A stretch of 64,000 nt of DNA from Patescibacteria group bacterium (GTDB lineage: Bacteria; Patescibacteriota; Microgenomatia; Levybacterales; UBA12049). Location: NCBI GenBank assembly GCA_038064195.1, contig JBBTTO010000003.1:114428-178427 (forward strand). Reading direction: 5' to 3'. The notes beneath the pieces were generated by a model, which saw nothing but the letters and a program-made list of their open reading frames with translations, was not told where the DNA came from and did not search any database. How positions within the stretch are numbered: the first letter of the stretch is position 1; the number at the start of each line of letters is the position of its first letter. Below, one piece after another: positions 27,528-37,002 of this stretch. The translations under genes and the position numbers were made by a program.

Positions 27528-28754
27528 ATGCGATATTCGTCATTTTTCCCACAGACTATCAAAGAAGCTCCAAAAGATGAGGTGGCTGTTAATGCCAAAT
27601 ATCTTATCCGTGGCGGGTATATCGATAAATTAATGGCCGGATCCTATACACTTTTGCCACTTGGAATGCGCGTCGTCCAAAAAATTAATCAAATTATAAG
27701 GGAGGAGATGAATAAGACCGGAGCGCAGGAATTACTTATGCCGCTACTTCATCCGAAGGAGATCTGGAATGAGACAGGCAGGTGGGACTCTGCTAAAGAA
27801 GTCATGTATCAATTTGAGAAAAATGACAAAGAATATGCGTTATCTTTCACCCATGAGGAAATTGTCATGGATCTCATCCGCAAGCATACGAATTCTTATA
27901 AAAATCTGCCGGTCAAAGTCTATCATTTCTCAACGAAGTTTCGTAACGAGCTCCGTGCCAAATCAGGCATCTTGAGGGGGAGAGAATTTATGATGAAAGA
28001 TCTCTATAGTGCTCACAGGAGTGAAGAAGACTTACTGACATACTACTGGCAGGTAGCGGATGCTTATATAGAAATTTTCAAGCGGATCGGGATTGATGTC
28101 AAAATTACTGAAGCAGACGGGGGGGTTTTTACCAAATCACATACCCATGAATTCCAGGCGCTTTGTGAAGTCGGTGAGGATACTATCTATCACAAGGAAG
28201 GCTGGAAGTTCTGGAAGAATAAAGAGGTTATGACACAGGAAGAATTGGATGATCCAGAAGTGAAAAACGCACAGGCAATCGAGGTCGGCAATATTTTTCC
28301 ACTCGGCACGATGTATGCTGAGAGGATGAATGCACTCTTTACCGATGAGGACGGGTCACGTAAGCCGGTCTGGTTTGCCAGTTACGGCATCGGTCCGACC
28401 AGAGTTATGGGGACAGTCGTTGAGATATCACATGATGACAGGGGGATTATTTGGCCGGAGGCAATCGCTCCTTTCGCGGTTCACCTGATAGGACTGCATG
28501 AACGAGCTGATGAAGTTTATGAAGAGCTGGTACAGGCCGGAGTCGATGTCCTCTATGATGATAGATGGGACAGCGGGGCCGGAGAGAAATTTGCGGACGC
28601 TGACCTCATCGGAATTCCGGTAAGACTTGTCGTCAGTAGCAAAACCCATTCGGCAAGCTCAGGGCAGGCAGGTGAACAGGTGGAGTGGAAAAAAAGAGAT
28701 AGTAGTGAGACGGAGTTGCTTGCAACTGATGAGGTCATTAAAAGGTTGACGTAA
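27528..28754 (+). CDS. proS: prolyl-tRNA synthetase (short form lacking editing domain)
   Basis: N-terminal class-II motifs resembling E. coli ProRS (LIRGGYI..., LPLGMRV); ~408 aa. Confidence 0.8.
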   Translation: MRYSSFFPQTIKEAPKDEVAVNAKYLIRGGYIDKLMAGSYTLLPLGMRVVQKINQIIREEMNKTGAQELLMPLLHPKEIWNETGRWDSAKEVMYQFEKNDKEYALSFTHEEIVMDLIRKHTNSYKNLPVKVYHFSTKFRNELRAKSGILRGREFMMKDLYSAHRSEEDLLTYYWQVADAYIEIFKRIGIDVKITEADGGVFTKSHTHEFQALCEVGEDTIYHKEGWKFWKNKEVMTQEELDDPEVKNAQAIEVGNIFPLGTMYAERMNALFTDEDGSRKPVWFASYGIGPTRVMGTVVEISHDDRGIIWPEAIAPFAVHLIGLHERADEVYEELVQAGVDVLYDDRWDSGAGEKFADADLIGIPVRLVVSSKTHSASSGQAGEQVEWKKRDSSETELLATDEVIKRLT

Positions 28755-28847
28755 TTTTATTCAGGGTTTTTCCACAGGGGACTACTTCTAACAAGGGTCG
28801 TATTTCGGAATCTGATGGGATCCTGAAACAAGTTCAGGATGACTTCG

Positions 28848-29459
28848 TCATTTAGGCAAAGGGAGCAGGGACATAACGTCCACTTGGAAGACCACAATCC
28901 AGACTATTGTATAGATCAAAATCCCGACAGGAACTCCCACAATCAGTAATAGCTTCTTTTTACCTCCCGGTTTTTTCTCGCCTGTCGACTTGGCTTTCGT
29001 ATCGCCATTATTTACAACTCCATAGGTAGTTGTTGAGGGTGTCACGGCCGGTGCTTTGACAATGGGGGTATTAGGATCAATTGTCGGAAGGGGTGTGGCG
29101 TATTTGGCAGCGAGCGCAGCATAGTCGACAGTCGGTTTCATACCCGATGGTTGAGCAGCTGGATTCGGAGGTGGAAGAGGCGGAGCCGCAAGTACTGCGC
29201 CATTAGTTTTGGGTGTCACTGGCGCAGTAGCTACCTGCTCCGACGGGTCAAGGCGGGCCGGTGGGGGCGCGGGCGTTAGTCCCGGTTGACTTGGAAGAGG
29301 TGTGGGTGGTAGAGGCGATAGCCCACCCAGGTCTGGTTGAGCAGCTGGACTTGGAAGTGGTGGAGGGGTAGTCGCTTTGGCACCTGTTGTCGTACCCATG
29401 ACACGGTCATAGACTTCTTTTAATTTGGGATCAAGATTGGCAGTGTTTTTAGGATCCAT
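28848..29459 (-). CDS. Pro-rich tail-anchored membrane protein
   Basis: Low-complexity P/A/T-rich N-terminal region and a C-terminal TM helix. Confidence 0.45.
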   Translation of the reverse strand: MDPKNTANLDPKLKEVYDRVMGTTTGAKATTPPPLPSPAAQPDLGGLSPLPPTPLPSQPGLTPAPPPARLDPSEQVATAPVTPKTNGAVLAAPPLPPPNPAAQPSGMKPTVDYAALAAKYATPLPTIDPNTPIVKAPAVTPSTTTYGVVNNGDTKAKSTGEKKPGGKKKLLLIVGVPVGILIYTIVWIVVFQVDVMSLLPLPK

Positions 29460-29623
29460 TTGTTCAGTAGTTAGTTATTAGTGTTTAGAAGTTAGTTAAA
29501 CACTGATTTAATGATCGGGGATTTGTTAGTATTTGTCAAGTAAAACACATTGCTACATTGTTTGATTGTTAAATTGTTTTATAGCAATTGAACAATAGTT
29601 TTTCTTCGGCTATACTTAGCTTT

Positions 29624-30526
29624 ATGAAAATAATCGTTACCCACAATGCTCCTGACTGGGATGCTATCAGCTCAGTTTGGCTCATCAAGAGATATTTACC
29701 CGGTTGGCGGGATGCTATTGTCGAATTTGTTCCGGCAGGGACCAGACGAGCCAAGAGCCAAGAGCTAGGAGATATGATTGACCCGATTGAAATTGTCGGT
29801 GAGGATGAAGTCATCCATGTTGATACCGGACTTGGGCCGCTTGACCACCATCAGACAGCAGACAAAACAGTTTGTGGTGCAACTAAGACCTGGGACTATA
29901 TCCAAATGCAAATCACATTAGCAGGTGAGGAATTGAAAGCCGAACATGTCGAAGCTGTCTCACGAATAGTCGCTATTATTTTGGCGGATGATCATTTCAG
30001 AGAAGTGTTTTGGGCAGATCCGATGGCTGATTATCATGAATTCTCACTCATTGGTTTGCTTGAGGGCATCAAATTATCCCATCCTGATCAGGATAATTTT
30101 TATATGGATTTCGGGATGCAGTGTCTGGACGGAATGGTGCATACTTTTGAAAGTCGTATTTGGTCAGAAAAGGAAATTGCCGATAAAGGCATCAGTTTTC
30201 GCGTTAAGCGTGGCCGCGCCTTGGCCTTTGAGACGGTGAATGACGGTGTAATAAAACTCGCGCAAAAAATGGGCTATATCCTCGTCGTCCGAAAGGATCC
30301 GCGTAAAGGATATGTGCGGATCAAAGCCCGCCCTGCATCAGGCAAAGATGATGATCTCGATCTGACAGCAGCCTATGAAAAGCTGCAAGAGATCGACTCA
30401 AAGGCAACGTGGTTCCTGCACGTCTCCAAAAAAATGCTCCTGAACGGTACTCCTAAAAATCCTAAAATGGTACCCACTACTCTGACGCTTGAGCAGATTA
30501 TTGAAGTTTTAAAAAGTATTTACTAG
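29624..30526 (+). CDS. DHH-family phosphoesterase (NrnA-like)
   Basis: HNAPDWDAISS and GLGPLDHHQ motifs; start placed at MKIIVTH. Confidence 0.7.
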   Translation: MKIIVTHNAPDWDAISSVWLIKRYLPGWRDAIVEFVPAGTRRAKSQELGDMIDPIEIVGEDEVIHVDTGLGPLDHHQTADKTVCGATKTWDYIQMQITLAGEELKAEHVEAVSRIVAIILADDHFREVFWADPMADYHEFSLIGLLEGIKLSHPDQDNFYMDFGMQCLDGMVHTFESRIWSEKEIADKGISFRVKRGRALAFETVNDGVIKLAQKMGYILVVRKDPRKGYVRIKARPASGKDDDLDLTAAYEKLQEIDSKATWFLHVSKKMLLNGTPKNPKMVPTTLTLEQIIEVLKSIY

Positions 30527-30612
30527 CAAAGCGCGTAGCGGATAGCGCTAGGCGTTGTTTTTATTTCAAGATCTTGAAACCCTTGGCTCTTTGCGCTATG
30601 CTCTAAGCGATT
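30526..30612. repeat. composite GCGC-family repeat pair flanking palindrome TTTCAAGATCTTGAAA
   Basis: GCAAAGCGCGTAGCGGATAGCGCTAGGCG ... CTCTTTGCGCTATGCTCTAAGCGATT. Confidence 0.6.
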
Positions 30613-30615
30613 ACT

Positions 30616-30948
30616 ATGAATGATTGTATTTTTTGCAGAATTGCGAGGAAGGAAATTCCTAAAGAATTTACCTACGAGGATGAGGATATTATGGTTTTTC
30701 CTGATATCAATCCTGTCAAACCGATTCATCTCCTGATCATCCCCAAAAAACATATTCCGGAACTCCACGCTCTTGATAATCCGGCTCTTTTTGAGAAGAT
30801 AGGCTCTGTTATCCTCCGGATGATTGTGAAGATGGAGCTACAAAATAAAGGGTACCGAGTCGTCATCAATGGCGGAGGGGCACAGCTGGTCGATCATCTC
30901 CATATCCACCTCATGGGCCCCATCGCCAAAACCGCCAGTCTCGGCTAG
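30616..30948 (+). CDS. HIT-family hydrolase
   Basis: HLHIHLMG histidine triad. Confidence 0.8.
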   Translation: MNDCIFCRIARKEIPKEFTYEDEDIMVFPDINPVKPIHLLIIPKKHIPELHALDNPALFEKIGSVILRMIVKMELQNKGYRVVINGGGAQLVDHLHIHLMGPIAKTASLG

Positions 30949-30959
30949 TGAGAGTCTAG

Positions 30960-31152
30960 GCGGGCTTCTCTTTAGGCTTCAGGTTTACATGTCTTCGCTT
31001 TTGATGTAAAATAGAGCCCTACGGAATGTAGATCCGCAAAAGGTTAGCAAGGGGGCTTGCCACTCCGAAGCCCGACTCAAAGCTTGGGATAAGGAATTTA
31101 AGGTGAACCCTCCTTCGTTAAAACTTCGGCGGGCGAAGGGTGGTGTTTTTTT
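30960..31152 (+). promoter_or_regulatory. structured leader / possible small RNA upstream of rpsU
   Basis: Several hairpins ending in CCTTCG...CGAAGG plus a T7 run; the GGGTGG purine tract that could serve as the rpsU RBS lies inside the last stem. Confidence 0.3.
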
Positions 31153-31335
31153 ATGGTATTTGTTAAGAAACAACCGGGTGACACAGATGATGCGATTATT
31201 CGCAAGTTCTCGCGTAAAGTAATTGATGCGGGGATTGTGAATGAGGCCAAGCGTCGACAATTTTATCTCAAACCTTCTCTTGCCAAAAAATTAAAGGCTG
31301 AAGAGTCTCGCCGCGCGAGGAAGAAGATCATTTAA
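31153..31335 (+). CDS. rpsU: 30S ribosomal protein S21
   Basis: 60 aa, basic; S21 signature ...FYLKPS...RARKK. Confidence 0.85.
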   Translation: MVFVKKQPGDTDDAIIRKFSRKVIDAGIVNEAKRRQFYLKPSLAKKLKAEESRRARKKII

Positions 31336-31337
31336 TT

Positions 31338-31411
31338 GCATAGCGCTTAGCGCAAAAGGGCCAAGCGTTCCATTTTAACTTTACGCTACGCGCTTACCGC
31401 TATCCGCTTGC
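31338..31411. repeat. GCGC-family palindromic repeat pair
   Basis: GCATAGCGCTTAGCGCAAAAGGGCCAAGCG ... CGCTACGCGCTTACCGCTATCCGCTTGC. Confidence 0.6.
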
Positions 31412-31418
31412 CCGAATT

Positions 31419-31802
31419 ATGGCTGACGTTAAAATTTTCACCTTTGTTGAAAGCCGCTATCAGGTCAATCGAAAAAAAATCAGGGATGTTATTCATGAAG
31501 TGCTCGACACCAAAGGCATAACGAGTAAATGTGAAGTATCGCTGGCTTTTGTCGGGGATCGTAAGATGCATGGTCTGAATTTGAAATTTCGTAATTTGGA
31601 TAAAACGACTAACATTTTGTCCTTCCCTTTGAGCGAAGGCCAACAAACCCCTCTTCCCGCATCGGTCATGCGTCTTGGAGATATCGTCATATCCTATCCG
31701 CAAATCATAAAAGAGGCAGCTCGGGATGAGATGATGGTTGATGATAAGATCAATCAACTCGTCGAGCATGGACTGCTGCACTTACTTGGAGAACACCACT
31801 AA
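31419..31802 (+). CDS. ybeY: rRNA maturation endoribonuclease YbeY
   Basis: HGLLHLLG(E)HH zinc motif. Confidence 0.85.
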   Translation: MADVKIFTFVESRYQVNRKKIRDVIHEVLDTKGITSKCEVSLAFVGDRKMHGLNLKFRNLDKTTNILSFPLSEGQQTPLPASVMRLGDIVISYPQIIKEAARDEMMVDDKINQLVEHGLLHLLGEHH

Positions 31803-31814
31803 TACGGTATCTCG

Positions 31815-31870
31815 CCTAGCGCATAGGGCAAAGCGAAATAACGCTTGGCGCTTACCGCTTTGCGCTAAGC
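31815..31870. repeat. GCGC-family palindromic repeat
   Basis: CCTAGCGCATAGGGCAAAGCG...CGCTTGGCGCTTACCGCTTTGCGCTAAGC. Confidence 0.6.
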
Positions 31871-31876
31871 AACTAT

Positions 31877-33421
31877 ATGGTTTATTACAGAACGTATCGA
31901 CCGCAAAAAATAAGTGATTTGGATAGTGAAGCTGTCCGTCGCAAACTTTTTTCTGTTCTTCAGGTAGCAGCGCCTACCTTTTTACAAATCCCGCATGCTT
32001 TTCTTTTTACCGGACCTAAAGGTCTGGGCAAGACCTCAACAGCTCGTATTGTGGCGAAAGTAATAAATTGCACGGGTAGAACGCATAGCGCTAAGCGCTT
32101 AGCGCAAAGCGATTCCATTGAGCCATGCAACGAATGTCAGCAATGTGTATCGATTACGAATGGCACAAATTTGGATGTCTTTGAGATTGATGCCGCGTCA
32201 AATCGGGGAATTGATGAGATACGTGATTTAAAAGAAAAAATTCGTCTGAGTCCGGTATCTGCCCAAAAAAAAGTCTATATCATTGATGAAGTGCATATGC
32301 TGACAACTGAAGCATTTAACGCGCTTCTGAAAACGCTTGAGGAGCCGCCAAGCCATGCTGTTTTTATCCTGTGCACGACTGAAGCGCATAAAGTCCCCGC
32401 GACAATTCTCTCGCGCTGTCTTCATATCGGATTTAAAAGGGCGACAGATGATGAGTTGGTGAGGGCATTACAGCGAATTGTTAAAGGGGAAGGATTAAAG
32501 ATAGATGAGCAGACGCTTCATGAAATTGCTAAGCTGGCAGACGGAGGTTTTAGAGACGGGACAAAAATTCTTGAAGAACTGGTGGCACTCTCAGATGGAA
32601 AAGATATCAATGCAGCGCTTTTGGAAAAGGGTTACCAGGTCACGTCAATGAACCAAAGTATCCGGGAGCTGATTGATGCGTGTGCAGAAAAAAATCTGCA
32701 GGCAAGCATTGCCGTTGTCAGTAAAGCGACGGACGCGGGAACTGACATGAGCTATCTCCTTTCGGAGTTGATTGAAGCGTTGCATACTCTTTTGCTCTCG
32801 CGGGTAGGTGTGGGAGAAGCGTTGTTTGTTGCGGAACTGGAGATTGAGGACCTGAGGGAGTTACTGGCTCTTTTAACAAAGGCTGCCGGTGAAATGAAAT
32901 ATACGGTCGTGCCGTCATTACCGCTTGAGTTGGCTCTGGTGAGCTGGTGCAGCGGGGCACAAGAATTAAGAATTAAGAATGAAGAATTAAGAATAGAAAA
33001 AAAAGAAACCGTGGGAAAAGAGGGGGTGACGGTGGCTTCGATGAGAAGAGAGGCAGGTAATATAGCAAAGCTTAAAGCTGTTAATGGTGAGGAACAGGAT
33101 GTAAAAGAAAAAGCAGTCAAAGGTGATCCGTCTGAGGTAAGCATACTCAACTATGCAGCAAGGGGGGATCATTCACAGGAATGGATTGATGCATTGTGGA
33201 AAAATATTATTATTGAGATAAAAAGCCACAATCATATGATAGCGGGAGTATTACGTTCGTGCCGAATTGTAAGCTACGATCGTAAAGTCCTGACTATTGA
33301 GGCGGCAGCCTCCTTTCACAAAGAGAAATTGGTCGAGCCCAAGACCTTTGCCGCGCTACTGGCAGTATGCGAGAAGTTAATTGGTAATCCGATTGAGGTT
33401 TCAATTACATTGAAACAGTAG
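31877..33421 (+). CDS. dnaX: DNA polymerase III subunit gamma/tau
   Basis: GPKGLGKTS Walker A, CNECQQC zinc module, SRC motif; carries two in-frame repeat insertions. Confidence 0.9.
   Translation: MVYYRTYRPQKISDLDSEAVRRKLFSVLQVAAPTFLQIPHAFLFTGPKGLGKTSTARIVAKVINCTGRTHSAKRLAQSDSIEPCNECQQCVSITNGTNLDVFEIDAASNRGIDEIRDLKEKIRLSPVSAQKKVYIIDEVHMLTTEAFNALLKTLEEPPSHAVFILCTTEAHKVPATILSRCLHIGFKRATDDELVRALQRIVKGEGLKIDEQTLHEIAKLADGGFRDGTKILEELVALSDGKDINAALLEKGYQVTSMNQSIRELIDACAEKNLQASIAVVSKATDAGTDMSYLLSELIEALHTLLLSRVGVGEALFVAELEIEDLRELLALLTKAAGEMKYTVVPSLPLELALVSWCSGAQELRIKNEELRIEKKETVGKEGVTVASMRREAGNIAKLKAVNGEEQDVKEKAVKGDPSEVSILNYAARGDHSQEWIDALWKNIIIEIKSHNHMIAGVLRSCRIVSYDRKVLTIEAAASFHKEKLVEPKTFAALLAVCEKLIGNPIEVSITLKQ
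32083..32111. repeat. GCGC-family repeat inserted in-frame in dnaX (between Walker A and Zn module)
   Basis: GCATAGCGCTAAGCGCTTAGCGCAAAGCG encodes HSAKRLAQSD. Confidence 0.65.
32961..32996. repeat. AGAATT-type repeat inserted in-frame in dnaX
   Basis: AAGAATTAAGAATTAAGAATGAAGAATTAAGAATAG encodes QELRIKNEELRIE. Confidence 0.6.
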
Positions 33422-33521
33422 TATAAAGTATTAGGTATAAGGTATTATGTATTAGCAAATTATTTATACTGTATACTTAATACAAAATACATGATACATA
33501 TTTAGGGGGGGTGATTGAATT

Positions 33522-33806
33522 ATGCAAAATCCATTTGGACAACTTGGTGAATTAAAAAAGATGCGTGATCAGGCGATGCAGATTCAGCGTCAATTGGCGG
33601 CCGAGGAAATTACGGTTGAGAAGAAAGGCATCACCATTATCATCACCGGTGATCAAAAAATCAAAGAAATTCAGACCAACGGAAAGTCTGACCACGATAT
33701 CGCTGAAGCAGTCAACGAAGCAGTCAAAAAATCACAGGAAATCGCTGCTAAAAAGCTGCAACAAATGTCAGGGGGACTCGGCGGCTTGCTCGGGGGAATG
33801 AAATAA
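33522..33806 (+). CDS. ybaB: nucleoid-associated protein YbaB/EbfC
   Basis: Conserved dnaX-ybaB-recR neighbourhood; typical size and sequence. Confidence 0.85.
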   Translation: MQNPFGQLGELKKMRDQAMQIQRQLAAEEITVEKKGITIIITGDQKIKEIQTNGKSDHDIAEAVNEAVKKSQEIAAKKLQQMSGGLGGLLGGMK

Positions 33807-33824
33807 AAAGATCGGGGCTAACTT

Positions 33825-34388
33825 ATGTTCAGTCCAGGCGCATTTATTAGTGAGTTTACCTCCAAGAAAGGCAGACAAATTGTCTTTCGTCTCCTCAGTG
33901 AAAATGATGTTCCTCAATTAACTGATTATATTAATTCCCTCAGTAAAGAAGATACCTTTATTTCTTTTAGTGATGAAAAATTTGATTTAGAGCGTGAGAA
34001 GAAAATAGTTAGTGAGTGGCTTGAGTTGATGAGAAAAGGCGATATGGTTACAATTCTCTCCTTCCATGATCAAAATCTTGTTTCCAATGCATCTATTACT
34101 CGCGAGACGAGGCGAGCAAAACATGTAGGTGCTGTAGCCCTCAGTGTTAAATCAGGCTTCCGCGAAGAAGGGATAGGCTCTAAGATACTTGAACTGCTTG
34201 AGGATGCAGGAAGGCAAATGAATCTTCGCATGCTCGAACTGACAGTTTTTGCTAATAACGATCGGGCACGCCATGTCTATCATAAACACGGCTATAAAGA
34301 AGTCGGGGCAATACCTGAAAAGATATTATATAAAGGTAGGTATATAGACGAGGTCATCATGTTCAAGCGTTTGGTCTCAGCCTCTTGA
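33825..34388 (+). CDS. GNAT-family N-acetyltransferase
   Basis: Motif A REEGIGSKIL. Confidence 0.7.
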   Translation: MFSPGAFISEFTSKKGRQIVFRLLSENDVPQLTDYINSLSKEDTFISFSDEKFDLEREKKIVSEWLELMRKGDMVTILSFHDQNLVSNASITRETRRAKHVGAVALSVKSGFREEGIGSKILELLEDAGRQMNLRMLELTVFANNDRARHVYHKHGYKEVGAIPEKILYKGRYIDEVIMFKRLVSAS

Positions 34389-35317
34389 TTATTTTTCTAT
34401 CTCCCGATACACTCAAGACAATGAAACTCTTCAGCGGTTCTTCAAATAGGCCTTTAGCGGAAAAGATCGCGATAGAATTAAAAACTAAGGTCTCACCCAG
34501 TGAAATCTTTGTTTTTCCTGACGGCGAACGGCGAATTCAAATTCAGGATACTGTTGTTGATGAGGATGTCGTGATCATCCAGCCGACGACACCTCCGGCG
34601 GAAATTCATTATTTTGAACTTTTTTTTCTGGCAGACGCGGCGAAAAGAAGTGGCGCGAAAAGTGTTACCGCTGTCGTACCGTATTTAGGCTACCAGCGTC
34701 AGGATCATGTTTTCCGCGATGGTGAGGCAGTATCACTTGAAGTAATCGTCAATACCATGCAGTCAGTGAGCATTGATAAAGTTATTTCCTTTGATCTTCA
34801 TACGATTAAAATCCCTGAGGTCTTTTCTATCCCCATGCTTCATTTATCCGCCCTTCCCCTTTTTGCTCGCGAAATACAAAAGCAGGGCTGGGGGGGACTG
34901 GATACTGTCCTTGTCTCGCCTGACATGGGTGGTATAAGACGGATCAAGATCATATCTGAGATGCTAAAAGATATGCCGTATGTCACTATAGAAAAAAATC
35001 GTGATTTAGCAACCGGTCATGTTGAAATGGAGGAGATTCGTGGTGAGATCACACACAGAGTAGTTATTGTGGATGATATGATCTCCAGTGGCGGGACGAT
35101 TGTCAAAGCCGCTCAAGCCTTGAGAGCTAAAGGAGCCAAGGAAGTCTATGTTTTTGTCACTCATCCTGTTTTCTCCTCAGATGCCCCAAAAATTTTACAG
35201 GATTCGGCAGTGGATAAAGTTTATGTCACTGACTCGGTATTCGTCCCCAAAGAAAGACAATTCCCGAAACTCCGGATTCTTTCACTAGCCCCGGTAATTG
35301 CCGGGGCTCTGGGTTAA
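34385..35317 (+). CDS. prs: ribose-phosphate pyrophosphokinase
   Basis: PRPP-binding VVIVDDMISSGGTI. Confidence 0.9.
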   Translation: MIIFLSPDTLKTMKLFSGSSNRPLAEKIAIELKTKVSPSEIFVFPDGERRIQIQDTVVDEDVVIIQPTTPPAEIHYFELFFLADAAKRSGAKSVTAVVPYLGYQRQDHVFRDGEAVSLEVIVNTMQSVSIDKVISFDLHTIKIPEVFSIPMLHLSALPLFAREIQKQGWGGLDTVLVSPDMGGIRRIKIISEMLKDMPYVTIEKNRDLATGHVEMEEIRGEITHRVVIVDDMISSGGTIVKAAQALRAKGAKEVYVFVTHPVFSSDAPKILQDSAVDKVYVTDSVFVPKERQFPKLRILSLAPVIAGALG

Positions 35318-35496
35318 TCTCGCCTTGAGAAATTGAGGCTAGTGTGTTAGTCTAGATAAGTCAATACTCCGCTTATTCGTTCAGGGGATTAATACCCCAA
35401 GGGTACTAGCTACTTGCCGAAGGCACTAGGGTCTTTGCCAGTCGCGTAGCGGCGCCCGCAGTTTGAGCGAGGGGCGGGGAGAAACCCCTTCATAAT

Positions 35497-36111
35497 ATGA
35501 GAATTCCCAAGGCTATTCAGTCAACCATTGAATCATTTGAAAAATTACCAGGCATCGGGCCCAAAACTGCTCAACGCCTGACATTTTATCTTCTCCACGT
35601 TCCTCAACACGAACTTGATCGGTTTGCGGAGGCTGTCAAAAACCTTAAAGTCGGTACGGTCCTCTGCTCAGTTTGCTTTAGCGTAGGTGAGGAAGATCCG
35701 TGCAGTTACTGCGCGAGCAGTTCACGGGATCACGGTACTGTCTGTGTCGTCGAGCAGGCACTCGATGTCCTGGCTCTTGAGAAAAGCGGACGGTATAACG
35801 GTGTGTATCATGTCCTGCATGGCAAAATCGACCCGCTTAATAGTATCGGACCGGATGAGATCTATATTCGTCAGTTATTTGAGAGGATAAAAAACAGCCA
35901 AAACGGTCATAGTATCAAAGAGCTTATCCTGGCGACCAATCCGACTATGGAGGGCGAGGCGACAGCCATGTATATAGCTCAGGAACTCAAAAATCAAAAT
36001 TCAAAAGTCAAAATTACGAGGATAGGACGGGGACTCCCAATCGGTGCTGATCTGGAATACGCTGACAGTGTGACACTGGAACGCGCCATGGAGAGCAGGA
36101 GCCAGTATTAA
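35497..36111 (+). CDS. recR: recombination protein RecR
   Basis: HhH LPGIGPKTAQR, C4 zinc finger, Toprim. Confidence 0.9.
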   Translation: MRIPKAIQSTIESFEKLPGIGPKTAQRLTFYLLHVPQHELDRFAEAVKNLKVGTVLCSVCFSVGEEDPCSYCASSSRDHGTVCVVEQALDVLALEKSGRYNGVYHVLHGKIDPLNSIGPDEIYIRQLFERIKNSQNGHSIKELILATNPTMEGEATAMYIAQELKNQNSKVKITRIGRGLPIGADLEYADSVTLERAMESRSQY

Positions 36112-36272
36112 AATCGTCCCGATGATATTTTTCATACGGGATCCTGATAAGATTTCCGACGAACAAAAAGAAGAAATGGGCATAATCAGGTAGCTTGTAT
36201 TAAGTAGTATGTATCATGTATGAAGGTACTGAATATACAAAATACGTAATACCAAATACATAATACAAATTT

Positions 36273-36824
36273 ATGGCAAATAATCCGTTTGGTTCATTTG
36301 AAGATGCCTTTGAACAAGGTGTCTCAACAGTTAAGCAACAGGTCAAACAACAAGCCTCAACGACAGTACAGTCGGCTACTTCTCAGGTTACCGGGTCAAC
36401 TCCAACTCCCACCCCCATCCTGCATGGAGGACAAGCGGATAGTAAGGCACTTACCGATCAGTTCAACGAAGCAGGAGCGAGTAATCAGCAATCAGCAAAC
36501 AGTGATCAGCAAAATGACCCTGTCGCTCAGGCAGCTCAGCTCCAACAGCTGGATGCTAAAAGTCAGGAAGAACAACAAAAGAAGTTAGTCGAAGCACGCA
36601 AGCAACTCAAGCAGCATCGGGAACAGCACACAACAACGTATTTTGATCCAACATTTAATAAGCATCATCCCGAGCCGACTGTCCAAGAACGTCTGGAACA
36701 GCAAGAGCAAGAAAAAGAACAAAAGAAAATGGCAGACCTTGAGGAGCAGAAGAAAAAGGCACCACCGATTGCTCTTAAGCAGGCCCAAACTCGAGCGGAA
36801 ATTAACCGCGGCGCCTCTGGGTAA
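36273..36824 (+). CDS. Gln-rich low-complexity hypothetical protein
   Basis: Q/E/K-rich, no recognisable domain. Confidence 0.4.
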   Translation: MANNPFGSFEDAFEQGVSTVKQQVKQQASTTVQSATSQVTGSTPTPTPILHGGQADSKALTDQFNEAGASNQQSANSDQQNDPVAQAAQLQQLDAKSQEEQQKKLVEARKQLKQHREQHTTTYFDPTFNKHHPEPTVQERLEQQEQEKEQKKMADLEEQKKKAPPIALKQAQTRAEINRGASG

Positions 36825-37002
36825 CATAAATTAGTAGTTATTTCTCTGTATTGACAATTTTTTTATACGAGACGTACAATGCTAAGTGAGGCACAGGCAG
36901 GAAGATACATGGAAGAAGAAGACAATTACCTAGGTAATGTCTTTTCCTTTTAAGTAATTTTATCTTCCTCTTTTGTTTTTTTATATTAAGGAGTAACTAT
37001 TT

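Noticed and set aside
30985-31260. Minus-strand ORF across the rpsU leader and start.
   Set aside because: It lies antisense to the conserved S21 gene and its structured leader, and has no RBS.
35340-35496. SRP RNA (ffs) between prs and recR; ffs often neighbours dnaX/ybaB/recR.
   Set aside because: I could not find the domain IV consensus (GGAAG...AGCAG around a GNRA loop), so it remains unsupported.
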